Virus record (IMG/VR): IMGVR_UViG_3300025530_000008
DNA: 64,000 nucleotides
From: an uncultured virus (IMG/VR IMGVR_UViG_3300025530_000008)
Taxonomy: Duplodnaviria > Heunggongvirae > Uroviricota > Caudoviricetes > Herelleviridae
Strand: one strand, 5' to 3'
Part shown: positions 37,772 through 46,980 of the stretch, piece after piece
How the letters are laid out: each line of letters starts with the position of its first letter
Numbering within the stretch: the first letter of the stretch is position 1
Program-made: the position numbers and the translations under genes
The notes under the pieces: model-generated
Told to the model about the DNA's origin: nothing
The model's input: only the letters and a program-made list of their open reading frames with translations
The model's database searches: none

Positions 37772-39116
37772 CAGGACAGCTACCGTGACTTCTGAAGTCC
37801 GGCGGCGTTGGGAATCATTACCCATGGCCGCCGGCGTCTTGTTTTGATAAAATGGAGACCAACGCATAGCGCGCCCCCGACGGCGCTCTCCATTCTTTGC
37901 CCTCGCCTTCCCGGCTGACCTGAGCCGGCGGCGGGGGCATCTTTTTGTGCTCGACGACCGCGACGATTGGGCGCCGGGGAGGTCGTCGGCCGGTTAATCC
38001 TGCAGGCACGCTCGGTCCCTGTGTTTACCGATAACTGGACGCCGGGGAGGTCGCCGGCCGGTTAATCCTACAAACTTACTAGGTTCAGTAGGTTTATTTC
38101 GGTTCACTTTGGTTTGATTCGGTGCGAAATTTTTGTACAAGATTGGTTAAGAATGTTCAGGATCATACGATGATGTTGGGGAATGTTCACGAATGTACGG
38201 GATTGTCCAATTGCAAATATCTGGGAATTTCCCAGCGACGGAATCCAGCCCCGGTTTCATTATTTAAACTGTTTAAATAACGGGGGAACGTATGTTCTAC
38301 GGACGAGATTGCTGCGAATTCTAAATTTTCTGACTATTCTGACTGAACAACTTTTAACGACTTTAAACAAGTTTGAACAAGTGATGTTTTCAAGTTTACT
38401 TTCATTTCCAATTTTAAGGCATACCCCATAGGGGTATTTTTCGCGGTTGGTAAAAGGTGGCAGAATCGGCAACTGGAAAAAATCTGGAAAAACGCGAATT
38501 ACGTACCAACTCGTACTGAATACGGGGTGTCACGCGCAGAAAAAGGGGGGCCCCTAAAAAATTTTTTACGTCGCAAAAATTTTTTAAAATAAAAATTTTT
38601 CTCGATGAAAAAATCTGAAGGCTGCAATCCGGGAATTCAGTACGAGTTGATACGTAATTCGCGAATTGACAAGTTTTACCAGTTGTATTTAAGCACGTTA
38701 AATATCTCGAATATACCCTATGGGGGTATATATTGGCAGATTTTAGGAGATCAACGGAGCTGGTAATAGGTGTCCTATATTATATGGTATTTGTATGCAC
38801 TGGAAAATGTTAGGATGTAGGGTTGGGTCGATTTGGGAGTGAAATTGGTAAATTTACGCTTTGTTAAACATTTGTTTCGTCTGGTGAAACCTCATGTAAG
38901 GTTTTGGAGGGGACAGGTAACAGTTCTGGCAGATTTAAGGAGATCACCGCCGGCGCGGGCTACAGGCGGCCTGCAGGTTCCGTGCGGTCCGCGCGTCGGA
39001 CGCCGCTGAAATGCAGCGAAAATAGGGAAATGCTGGACAGGACAGAGAAAACCGGATACTATATACACAGATAACTACATTTTTGAACAACTTTGGACAA
39101 AGGGAGACCGAATACT
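37772..39116. other. AT-rich non-coding control region (candidate origin and/or packaging site)
   Basis: About 1.3 kb without a credible ORF; A-tracts, 29-bp inverted repeat, palindromes and 10-bp iterons. Confidence 0.7.
38493..38663. repeat. 29-bp inverted repeat (38493-38521 / 38635-38663) flanking an A/T-tract core
   Basis: CGCGAATTACGTACCAACTCGTACTGAAT vs ATTCAGTACGAGTTGATACGTAATTCGCG, one mismatch. Confidence 0.9.
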
Positions 39117-39953
39117 ATGGCACGGCTGAAAACTCAGATTAAGCAAGCCATGAAGCCGGTATCCCCGTATGACTTGCGCAAGACGCAGGGCCATACGAAG
39201 GACGGCGAGGGCGTCGGCAGTCGCCGAAGAATTCCGCTTCCTGAGCCGCAATACGAGGAAATCGGGGAGCTTACGCCGGAGGAACAGGAAAAGGGCACCC
39301 GCAGAAAAGCGACGAAGTTCGTAACATTCGAAGTCACCGGCAGTACCGGGAAGAAATACCGCGTGACTTGCCCGGAAGTGTACTATAAGAAAGTTCCGAA
39401 GGTTTGGGAGTGGACACCCATCCGCTACAAGGTTGCTGAGCTGATTGCGGATGGTCATTCGATTCGCTCGATTGCGGACGACCCGGAGGTCGGCGTCGCT
39501 CGCATGACGATCTACGCATGGTTGGAGCACCCGGAGTTCCGCGAGCATGTCGATGCGCTTGTGACGGAAACGGGCTTCGCTTCCCGGCGTGAGCGTTTGG
39601 CGGGTCTGGCGCGGCTGACGCAGCGCCTGTTCGACAAGCTGCTGCGTGAGATCGACGGTGTTCCGATTACTGACAAGTCGGTTGGCGCCATTATCAGCGG
39701 CATCCAGCAGGGCATGAAGCAGCTTGCGACGGAGAAGGGCGAGTTTGTCGAGCAGCAGAATGTCACGCAGCAAACGACGATCGGCGGCCAGCTAGCGGTT
39801 GCAGACGTGAAGGTCGACGAGCTGCTGAAGTCGGCGACGGACGAGGAACGCAAGAAGCTCGAGGAAGAATTCGATCGGATCGGCGACGAGATCATCCGCG
39901 GGCTGCTGTCGGGCTCGAACAGGGCTGGAGGTACGGCGGAATCGGAGGGTTGA
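39117..39953 (+). CDS. terS: probable terminase small subunit (HTH-containing)
   Basis: SIRSIADDPEVGVARMTIYAWLEHPEF HTH; first gene of the packaging module. Confidence 0.65.
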   Translation: MARLKTQIKQAMKPVSPYDLRKTQGHTKDGEGVGSRRRIPLPEPQYEEIGELTPEEQEKGTRRKATKFVTFEVTGSTGKKYRVTCPEVYYKKVPKVWEWTPIRYKVAELIADGHSIRSIADDPEVGVARMTIYAWLEHPEFREHVDALVTETGFASRRERLAGLARLTQRLFDKLLREIDGVPITDKSVGAIISGIQQGMKQLATEKGEFVEQQNVTQQTTIGGQLAVADVKVDELLKSATDEERKKLEEEFDRIGDEIIRGLLSGSNRAGGTAESEG

Positions 39954-40059
39954 CGCTGCATAAAGAGAAGTCCAATCTTCCGAAGATGGTGTGAATGGAG
40001 AGCGTTGCAAACATACCCTATAGGGGTACCTTACGAGTTCATCACTACGTACATGGAGC

Positions 40060-40530
40060 GTGGGTGCGTTGACGGGGAAACATACCAGATATATGGGAAA
40101 TCACGCAGCCGGGCTGCGGCGGTATTATGGTCTGTGCCTCATGGAGGACGGGTCTGAGGCTGTGCTTGAAGTGGAGGCATCTTCCGAAGCTGAAGCGAGT
40201 CAGAAGCTTCATACGCACGGGGTCATGATGGTGCTGGAGTTCGTGCTGGCGGAGAAGAAGGAGAAGGAAAAACCGGAAAAGCCGGTGGCGTCCAGCGCGG
40301 TGCCGAAGAACAAGCAGCCGTTGAACCGCTATTTCGGCCTGTGTCTCATGGAGGATGGGTCCGAAGTGGTGCTTGTGGCAAAGGCATCTTCCGAAGCTGA
40401 GGCCTGCCGGCATCTACACGAGTACGCTATCGTGATGGTGCTGGACCTGTTGCCGGCGGAAGAATATCTCCAGCGCCGGTATACACATCGGCCCGGGACG
40501 CTGTCCTTCGGGGTGCCGAATCTGATCTGA
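40060..40530 (+). CDS. protein with an internally duplicated ~40-aa domain
   Basis: YYGLCLMEDGSE...ASSEAEA occurs twice; start may be ATG 40093. Confidence 0.6.
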   Translation: MGALTGKHTRYMGNHAAGLRRYYGLCLMEDGSEAVLEVEASSEAEASQKLHTHGVMMVLEFVLAEKKEKEKPEKPVASSAVPKNKQPLNRYFGLCLMEDGSEVVLVAKASSEAEACRHLHEYAIVMVLDLLPAEEYLQRRYTHRPGTLSFGVPNLI

Positions 40531-40653
40531 TGGCATGCAAAGGACGGCGCGCAGGCGGCCCGCCGGATATACCCACGGGGTACCCTATGGGGGTATGTTC
40601 CACATACGCCCTGCACATGCCACGTCGGTCCCTGACATAGGGGGTAGGGGTAC

Positions 40654-40917
40654 ATGAAAGTCAAGCGCGTCAGCGCTTCTGTCGTCCGTTTCTGGTGTGA
40701 GGGCTGCCGCTCGTACCACGCCTTCGGCCGGGCCTCGGCCCGCTTCGACGGGAACTACGCTCGGCCGACGTTCGGCCGCCCGCTTCTCGTGACCGACGGA
40801 CGAGGAAACATCATCTGTGAGTCGACCATACAAGACGGCATCATCACGTACACGATGCGCAGCCGCCATCGTCTGGCCGGCCAGCGCATGGAGCTGCCGG
40901 AAGGCCGGCTGCCGTGA
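40654..40917 (+). CDS. DUF6527-like Cys/His protein
   Basis: FWCEGC..YH...FDGN..RPTF...C...DG.I...H.LAGQ. Confidence 0.6.
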   Translation: MKVKRVSASVVRFWCEGCRSYHAFGRASARFDGNYARPTFGRPLLVTDGRGNIICESTIQDGIITYTMRSRHRLAGQRMELPEGRLP

Positions 40918-40996
40918 TTGCCTGCTGAATATCCCGCGACCGGATACCTTTACGGCGCGGGATATGTTGTATGGAATCAGGAAAGGAGTGGTCTGC

Positions 40997-42823
40997 GTGA
41001 TATCGCTGAATGACCTGACACCGACGCAGATACTGGATTACCAGACGAAAAAGCGGCCGTCGATCTGGGCGCAGCGGTACACACGCCTGCGCGGAAGGCC
41101 GTACCGGTTCGAGCAGCGATTACCGAACGGCCAGCTCGACCTTCGGAAGCCGCACGAGATTCCACCGGGTGACCTAAACATCGGTCTGCGCGGGCAGCGG
41201 CAGTTCCTGCAGCAGCCTCTGGATGATCAGCACCCACACAAGGCCATGCAGAAATCCCGTCAGTGCGGCGCCAGCGAGAACGAAGTGCGGGAGATGCTAT
41301 GGTTTGGCGACATGCATCCGCATACGAAACAGGCGTATGTGTTTCCGACGTTCGATCAGGTCGCGGACTTCTCGAAGACCCGGGTTGACGCCGTCATGAA
41401 GGACAGCCCATACGTTAAAGAGCGCATGGGCTACGACCCGATTACAGGCAAGAAGAAGCAGGGAGAGGACCCGGTCGATAACGTGCGCCTCAGAAAAATC
41501 GGAGAGGATCACTGGATATTCTTCCGAAGCGGTCATACGCCGAAAGCGGGCGAAGGTATCGACGTTGATGTCGTGCGATTTGACGAAATCGATCGCATGC
41601 ATCCCAACGTGATGATCGCCTTCAACGAAACGTTGTCTTCGTCAGCCTATGGCTGGCGCCGGGATATTTCGACGCCGTCGCTGCCGGGTGTAGGCGTAAA
41701 CGCAAGCTTCCAGAAATCCGACCAGTATCACTGGATGATGAAGTGCCCGCACTGCGGCCACTGGTTCACGCTCATTCATGATTTTCCGCGCTGCGTTGTG
41801 GAGCTTCCGAAGGACAGCCGCGGCATGCCGAATCATAACTACCATCTGTCGCATCCGTGGCTGTCGGAGGACGATACGCACGCATACATCTGCCTGAAAT
41901 GTCGGCGGTTTATCAGCGACGAAACCCGCATTCACGGCATCTGGCGGCCGTTCTACCCGCACAAGAAGGACGTACGCGGCTATCAAATATCACAGCTTAT
42001 CTGTCCGTGGATTAGCGCGACGCAGCTCATGAAGAAGCGCGAGGACTACACGCTCGAGCAGCTTTTCATGAACTACGTCATCGGGCTTCCATATCTCGGC
42101 GACAACGTGCTGGTGACCCGGGCCGACATCATGGCCTGCGTGGATACGAGTCTGACCAACCCTTACGAGCTGCCGCGGCGGAATATCTGTCAGGGCGTCG
42201 ACTGGGGCAACACAAGCTGGGGCGTCAACGGCATGCGCGACCCGGATAACCCGGATAGGATCATCCTGCTTGACATCTGGTCCGTGGAGGATTCGGAAGC
42301 TCTCGCCGGCATCGACGGCCGGAAAGACAATCCGCACGTTCGGAAGGTGGCGGAGAAAATGCGCGCGTGGGACGTGCGGCGCGCCGTGTTCGACGCCGGC
42401 TACGGTAAAGACAAGAACTGGGAGCTCATGCAGGTGTTCCCGGGGAAGGTGTTCGGCTGCTTCTATCCGAACCTGTCGACGGATGCGACGAAGAACACGG
42501 ACGATGTGTGGGACGAGGACGGCGGCAAAGTCAACGTCGACCGGACGATGACGCTGCTGCTCATGTGTTCGATGTTCCGGCAAGGCCGCATCCGCATCCC
42601 GCAGTGGGTGGCATCCAATCCGCTGTTTGAGACGTTCATTCAGCACGTGACGAATCTGGTGCTCGTGCGCGACATCGAGACCGACGACAAGACGAAAAAG
42701 GAAGTCATCAAGCAGCGCGTGGGTACGCTGCCGGGCGGCGACCACTTCGGCCACGCCATGAACTACCTGTGCATTGCGATCCGCCGGACAACGACGAAAG
42801 GCAAGTCCGCGTTCTTCTTCTGA
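40997..42823 (+). CDS. terL: terminase large subunit (GpA/SPO1-like)
   Basis: KSRQCGASE, FDEID, ISTP, CPHC/CLKC, GVDWG, DHFGHA; AAAGGAG SD. Confidence 0.92.
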   Translation: MISLNDLTPTQILDYQTKKRPSIWAQRYTRLRGRPYRFEQRLPNGQLDLRKPHEIPPGDLNIGLRGQRQFLQQPLDDQHPHKAMQKSRQCGASENEVREMLWFGDMHPHTKQAYVFPTFDQVADFSKTRVDAVMKDSPYVKERMGYDPITGKKKQGEDPVDNVRLRKIGEDHWIFFRSGHTPKAGEGIDVDVVRFDEIDRMHPNVMIAFNETLSSSAYGWRRDISTPSLPGVGVNASFQKSDQYHWMMKCPHCGHWFTLIHDFPRCVVELPKDSRGMPNHNYHLSHPWLSEDDTHAYICLKCRRFISDETRIHGIWRPFYPHKKDVRGYQISQLICPWISATQLMKKREDYTLEQLFMNYVIGLPYLGDNVLVTRADIMACVDTSLTNPYELPRRNICQGVDWGNTSWGVNGMRDPDNPDRIILLDIWSVEDSEALAGIDGRKDNPHVRKVAEKMRAWDVRRAVFDAGYGKDKNWELMQVFPGKVFGCFYPNLSTDATKNTDDVWDEDGGKVNVDRTMTLLLMCSMFRQGRIRIPQWVASNPLFETFIQHVTNLVLVRDIETDDKTKKEVIKQRVGTLPGGDHFGHAMNYLCIAIRRTTTKGKSAFFF

Positions 42824-42932
42824 TCTTCCGAAGACGATGTGTTCCATATGTACCAATCGCGAAAGTGCTGGTATCCTGAAGGTGCCAGCACTTATTTACT
42901 CGCACGAGAAAAACGAAGCGGAGGGATCAGGA

Positions 42933-43139
42933 ATGAAACGGATCGGAACGTTGGTCGGTCTGACGGTTACGCTGCTGCGGGTGCTCATCTGGAGACTTCG
43001 GCTGCGTCTCGGCGCCTTCGGTTCGCCTGAATACTGGTCTACCCAGCTTCAGAAGTTGCAAGAAAAGGGGATGTGGAGCGTTGACGACTGGACAAGCAAA
43101 ACCCGTCCGGGGGTATCCCGGGTACACCGTCACCGCTGA
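42933..43139 (+). CDS. small membrane-anchored protein
   Basis: GGAGG SD; hydrophobic N-terminus. Confidence 0.45.
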   Translation: MKRIGTLVGLTVTLLRVLIWRLRLRLGAFGSPEYWSTQLQKLQEKGMWSVDDWTSKTRPGVSRVHRHR

Positions 43140-43320
43140 TGGTCGTGTCTTCAGCACGCACCGTTCGAAGACGGGCAAACCGAAGCAACTCATACCCGGC
43201 AACTGGCGGCCGGATCGGAAAGTGCTGCTTTGCCGCGGCGCTTACGAACGCCGGAACGTGCTTGTGAAGAACCTTGTGCTGGCGACATGGGGAACGCTGG
43301 AGCACTTCAAGGAAGAATAA
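43081..43320 (+). CDS. NUMOD4-only protein (degenerate HNH homing endonuclease remnant)
   Basis: KPVRGYPGYTVTADGRVFS; no HNH motif. Confidence 0.6.
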   Translation: MTTGQAKPVRGYPGYTVTADGRVFSTHRSKTGKPKQLIPGNWRPDRKVLLCRGAYERRNVLVKNLVLATWGTLEHFKEE

Positions 43321-43339
43321 ACTGAAGGAGTGGAAAGGG

Positions 43340-43642
43340 ATGGCTGAAGTTGTAATAGCGCCGGAGTCGCCGGCGATCAAGAAGCTTGATGCGGATGTCT
43401 ACTACGTGACGGCAGATTTGACGGATGCGGAGCTGCGGTCGCTGGAGGAAACATGGGAGCGCATGAACAAAGCAACCAGCCAGCATAAGCTGCTGATGGT
43501 GCTGCCGGAAAGTCTGACGCTGAAGCAGATGTCGACGGACGTTGTGCGCTCGCTCATGCAGGCTTGCGCCCGGGTGCTGCGCGAACGTGGGGAGGAACTT
43601 CCCGATATGTCCGGCCGTCCCGCTTCTAATTCGGATAATTAA
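43340..43642 (+). CDS. hypothetical protein
   Basis: AAGGAG SD. Confidence 0.6.
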   Translation: MAEVVIAPESPAIKKLDADVYYVTADLTDAELRSLEETWERMNKATSQHKLLMVLPESLTLKQMSTDVVRSLMQACARVLRERGEELPDMSGRPASNSDN

Positions 43643-43729
43643 GGCCTTCCGAAGCTGGAAAAGGTCGGATATTCAGGCCCGCGTTCTCGTTGTATGATAA
43701 TTATGACAACTTCCGAAGGGGGTGTACGC

Positions 43730-44434
43730 GTGGCTACGCAGATTGACACGCTCCGCGAATACACCAGCATTGATGAGCGCGGGCGCTCGGATATTACGCA
43801 GTGTCCGTCCTGCGGCGTATTCGCCGTTCCGCGGGGCATCACGTCGACGATGAAGGATGATCTCGGATCGTTTGAAGTAAAGCATTGCCCGAACTGCGGC
43901 CACACTTATGGCCGCGACACGGTTGCGCAGTCGAAGTCCGGGACGGTTATCATCGAGGCCTACGATGTGGAGGCCGAAGTGGTCGACGACGACACGCCGA
44001 TTGCGGGGGCGCTGCGGGTGAAGTTCCGCCTGAGCGCGCCGTTTGACTTCGACGACCCGGATGCGGATATCCGGCTGAGCTACTTCACGGAGGAAAACGG
44101 CGAACTGAAGCCGATGTTGAATCTGCTCGCAGGATATGCGCCGCTGGTGAAGAACAAGGAATGGGCCGGCTATCTGGCGAACATCGGCTCCGAAGGCAAT
44201 CCGGGAAAGACCTATTCGAAGGGCACCGAGAATAACCCGGAGTATCTGAACCAGATTCCTGCTGATGTCCTCATCGGTTCGCTGGTCCGCAGCGGGTTCA
44301 AGTCGGATGGCTCCATGGACTACGTCGAAATCGACGACTTCCGCGAGGCGCCGGGCACTTACGTCATCCGTATCGATGTCCTCAACCGCGCCGGCATTGC
44401 ACGCACAGCTTACGCCTCCGTAACGGTGGAGTAA
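43730..44434 (+). CDS. Zn-ribbon N-terminal protein, paralogue A
   Basis: ATQIDT...CPSC...CPNCGH. Confidence 0.7.
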   Translation: MATQIDTLREYTSIDERGRSDITQCPSCGVFAVPRGITSTMKDDLGSFEVKHCPNCGHTYGRDTVAQSKSGTVIIEAYDVEAEVVDDDTPIAGALRVKFRLSAPFDFDDPDADIRLSYFTEENGELKPMLNLLAGYAPLVKNKEWAGYLANIGSEGNPGKTYSKGTENNPEYLNQIPADVLIGSLVRSGFKSDGSMDYVEIDDFREAPGTYVIRIDVLNRAGIARTAYASVTVE

Positions 44435-44564
44435 CGCAAGCTTCGGAAGCACGAAGCGCGGACATGTACCGCGTAAACATTGTGCTTCCGAAGTCCCCGT
44501 GCAGGTGCTATGATAGAGACGCGAGCACCAAGCGCGATCGAAACCTATGTACGGGGGTGTAACG

Positions 44565-45062
44565 ATGGCAACGCAGATCGACACGACTCGGATTTACACG
44601 AGTCACGATGAGGAAACCCGCTCGGACCTGCGGAAGTGTCCGCAGTGTCAGGTGTACGCTGTACCGCGCGGCCTTACGTCTACCCGCAAGGACGACATCA
44701 ACGGCGAGCGCAGGACGTGCCCGAACTGCGGCCATGTGTACGGCGTCAATAGCCTTCTTGTTCGGAAGGTACGGGCGATCAACATCACGGCTGATGGCGA
44801 CACGACGGAAGTCGGTGTGGGCGCCGATCTCCAGCTTACGGCAACCGTCGTGCCGGAGTATGCCGATGACCCGCGCGTCGAATGGAAGTCCTCGGATGAG
44901 GCGATTGCAACGGTCGACGGGACCGGCAAGGTCACGGGCGTTGTGGCCGGAGATGTCATCATCTCGGCAGAAGCGCAGGATGGCTCCGGCGTTGTTGGCT
45001 TCTTCGGTCTGACAGTCGGCAGTGGTTCCGGCGGCGGGGACAGCGGCAGCGGCGACGAGTAA
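44565..45062 (+). CDS. Zn-ribbon N-terminal protein with Ig-like (Big_2) domain, paralogue B
   Basis: Same N-terminus as A; LTATVVP...VEWKSSDEAIATVDGTGKVTGV. Confidence 0.8.
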   Translation: MATQIDTTRIYTSHDEETRSDLRKCPQCQVYAVPRGLTSTRKDDINGERRTCPNCGHVYGVNSLLVRKVRAINITADGDTTEVGVGADLQLTATVVPEYADDPRVEWKSSDEAIATVDGTGKVTGVVAGDVIISAEAQDGSGVVGFFGLTVGSGSGGGDSGSGDE

Positions 45063-45114
45063 ACCGCCATTTGAGACAGCAAGCTTAACATGACGCAGCT
45101 TGCCGGATGAAGTG

Positions 45115-45152
45115 AAGGCAGCAGGCTTCAGCTCCGAAGCTGCTGCCTTTTC
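45115..45152 (+). terminator. intrinsic terminator
   Basis: AAGGCAGCAG...CTGCTGCCTT followed by a T-tract. Confidence 0.7.
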
Positions 45153-45180
45153 ATTTTAGGCAAGAGAGGGGTGCAAAGTT

Positions 45181-46980
45181 ATGTCGACAGTTCTGGAGTT
45201 ATGGCAGTCGGCGCCGAATGGCGAACAGCTTCTGAAGGCATTGGAGAATGACCGGGCCTTAAAGCAGCAGGAGACGGCGAAGCCGAAGTCCGCGTTTATC
45301 GATCCGTACAACGTGTACGGACTCGGCGGAACACGGGCGAAGCAGGCGGTCATCAATTACCGGCTGCTGCGGCAGATGGCTACGGTGCCGCCGGTGGCTG
45401 CCATTCTGCTTACCCGACTCAATCAAGTCGCCCGTTTTACGAACCGGCCGCGGTTTGAGGGAGATATTGGGTTCCAGATCATCCACAAGAACAAGACGAA
45501 GAAAATGACGAATGCGCAGCGCAGGCGCGCGGTCGAGATCGAAGAATTCTTTCTGAAGACCGGCTGGGCGAATAACAAGCTGCGCAAGGATAACTTCAAC
45601 GCCTTCGTTCGGAAGATTGTCCGGGATACGCTGGTACTGGACGCCATGACGTTTGAGCTCGTGCCGAACCTGAAGGGCGAGCTGGCGGAAATCTGGGCCA
45701 TCGACGCGGAGACGATCGAGCTGGTTGCCAATGCGCCGGTCGGTTACGGCCGCGAGCTGCCGGTGTACGAGCCGATGACCAAAGACGGCCTGCGGCTGGG
45801 CAGCGACAATATCGCATATGTGCAGCGCATCAACGGCGAAATCGTGGCCGAGTACTCGGAAGAACAGCTTGCATATGCGGTACGCAACCCACGGACGGAC
45901 ATCTTACTGGCGGACTTCGGGCATTCCGAGCTGGAAGTGCTCATCGAGATCGTCACGGGCATCCTGAACGGCATCCGCTACAATACGACGTACTTCACGC
46001 ATAACCATGTGCCGCAGGGCGTGCTGTCGATCATCGGCAAGTATGACGATGAGCATTTGGAAGCCTTCAAGCGGCACTGGCGTGTGATGACCAGCGGCGC
46101 CGCCGGAAAGTGGGCTGCTCCGGTCATCGCCGTGGAGGACGGACAGGGCATCAACTGGACACCGTTTAAGCAGTCCAATCAGGACATGCAGTTCAACGAA
46201 TTCCTTGAGTTCCTGTTTAACATTGCGTGCGCGGTGTACCAGATCGACCCGAATGAAGTTGGCTTTAAGAGCTGGACCAGCTCGAGAGCGTCGCTTACCT
46301 CGTCTGACAACACAGCAGAACGCATGGAGCGGTCGCAGGACAAGGGATTCGTCCCGCTGATGAACTTCCTTGCGAACGTGTTCAATCACGAAATCCTGCC
46401 GCTCATCGACGACGAGTTCGAGTTTACGTGGGTTGGTCTCGACGAGCAGGACGAGGACAAAAAGCTCGAGCGTCAAGTCAAGCAGCTCGGCTCCGGCATC
46501 ATCACGGTTGCCGAAGCCCGCAAGGCCGACGACCGCGACGAGCTCATCAACCCGGCGACCGGCAAGCCGTGGATATGGACGCAGGCACCGGCGAATCCGC
46601 AACTGCTTCAGGTGTTCATGGCCGAGTCCGGCCTGAATCAGCCGCAGGGCGGTCCGGGAGCTCAGGGTTCCGAAGACGGGGAAGGCGCCGAAGATCAGGA
46701 TCAGCGCGACGCTCAGCAGTCGGGTGAGCAGGACGAGCAGCAGGATAAGGACCCGGCGGAAGCCAGCCACGAGCGAGAGCTTGAGAAGATGGAGCGCCGG
46801 CACGAGCTTGAGCTTGAGCAGAAGAAGCTCGAGCACGAACATCAAATGGAGCTCGAAAAGCTGCGGGCGGAGGCTCGGCAGCAGAAGGTGAATAAGTCAC
46901 TGACGGAGACGGCTGATCCGCGGAACGCTCCGGCGGACGATGAGGCGGTCGAAATCTCCATCACATGGAGTGACTACTGA
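45181..46980 (+). CDS. portal protein (SPO1-like)
   Basis: FVRKIVRD, YVQRING, NPRTD...G.SELE, DMQFNEFL, IDPNEVG; located downstream of TerL. Confidence 0.9.
   Translation: MSTVLELWQSAPNGEQLLKALENDRALKQQETAKPKSAFIDPYNVYGLGGTRAKQAVINYRLLRQMATVPPVAAILLTRLNQVARFTNRPRFEGDIGFQIIHKNKTKKMTNAQRRRAVEIEEFFLKTGWANNKLRKDNFNAFVRKIVRDTLVLDAMTFELVPNLKGELAEIWAIDAETIELVANAPVGYGRELPVYEPMTKDGLRLGSDNIAYVQRINGEIVAEYSEEQLAYAVRNPRTDILLADFGHSELEVLIEIVTGILNGIRYNTTYFTHNHVPQGVLSIIGKYDDEHLEAFKRHWRVMTSGAAGKWAAPVIAVEDGQGINWTPFKQSNQDMQFNEFLEFLFNIACAVYQIDPNEVGFKSWTSSRASLTSSDNTAERMERSQDKGFVPLMNFLANVFNHEILPLIDDEFEFTWVGLDEQDEDKKLERQVKQLGSGIITVAEARKADDRDELINPATGKPWIWTQAPANPQLLQVFMAESGLNQPQGGPGAQGSEDGEGAEDQDQRDAQQSGEQDEQQDKDPAEASHERELEKMERRHELELEQKKLEHEHQMELEKLRAEARQQKVNKSLTETADPRNAPADDEAVEISITWSDY

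Noticed and set aside
38243..38280. dif-like site (TTATTTAAACT resembles the XerD arm)
   Set aside because: No XerC-like arm at the correct spacing on either strand; it is a simple palindrome
38183..38472. Short ORFs in the AT-rich region
   Set aside because: No SD, atypical composition, and they overlap repeat elements
38493..38663. Protelomerase (telRL) hairpin-telomere site
   Set aside because: Arms are separated by 113 bp rather than forming a continuous palindrome, and no protelomerase is seen in the window
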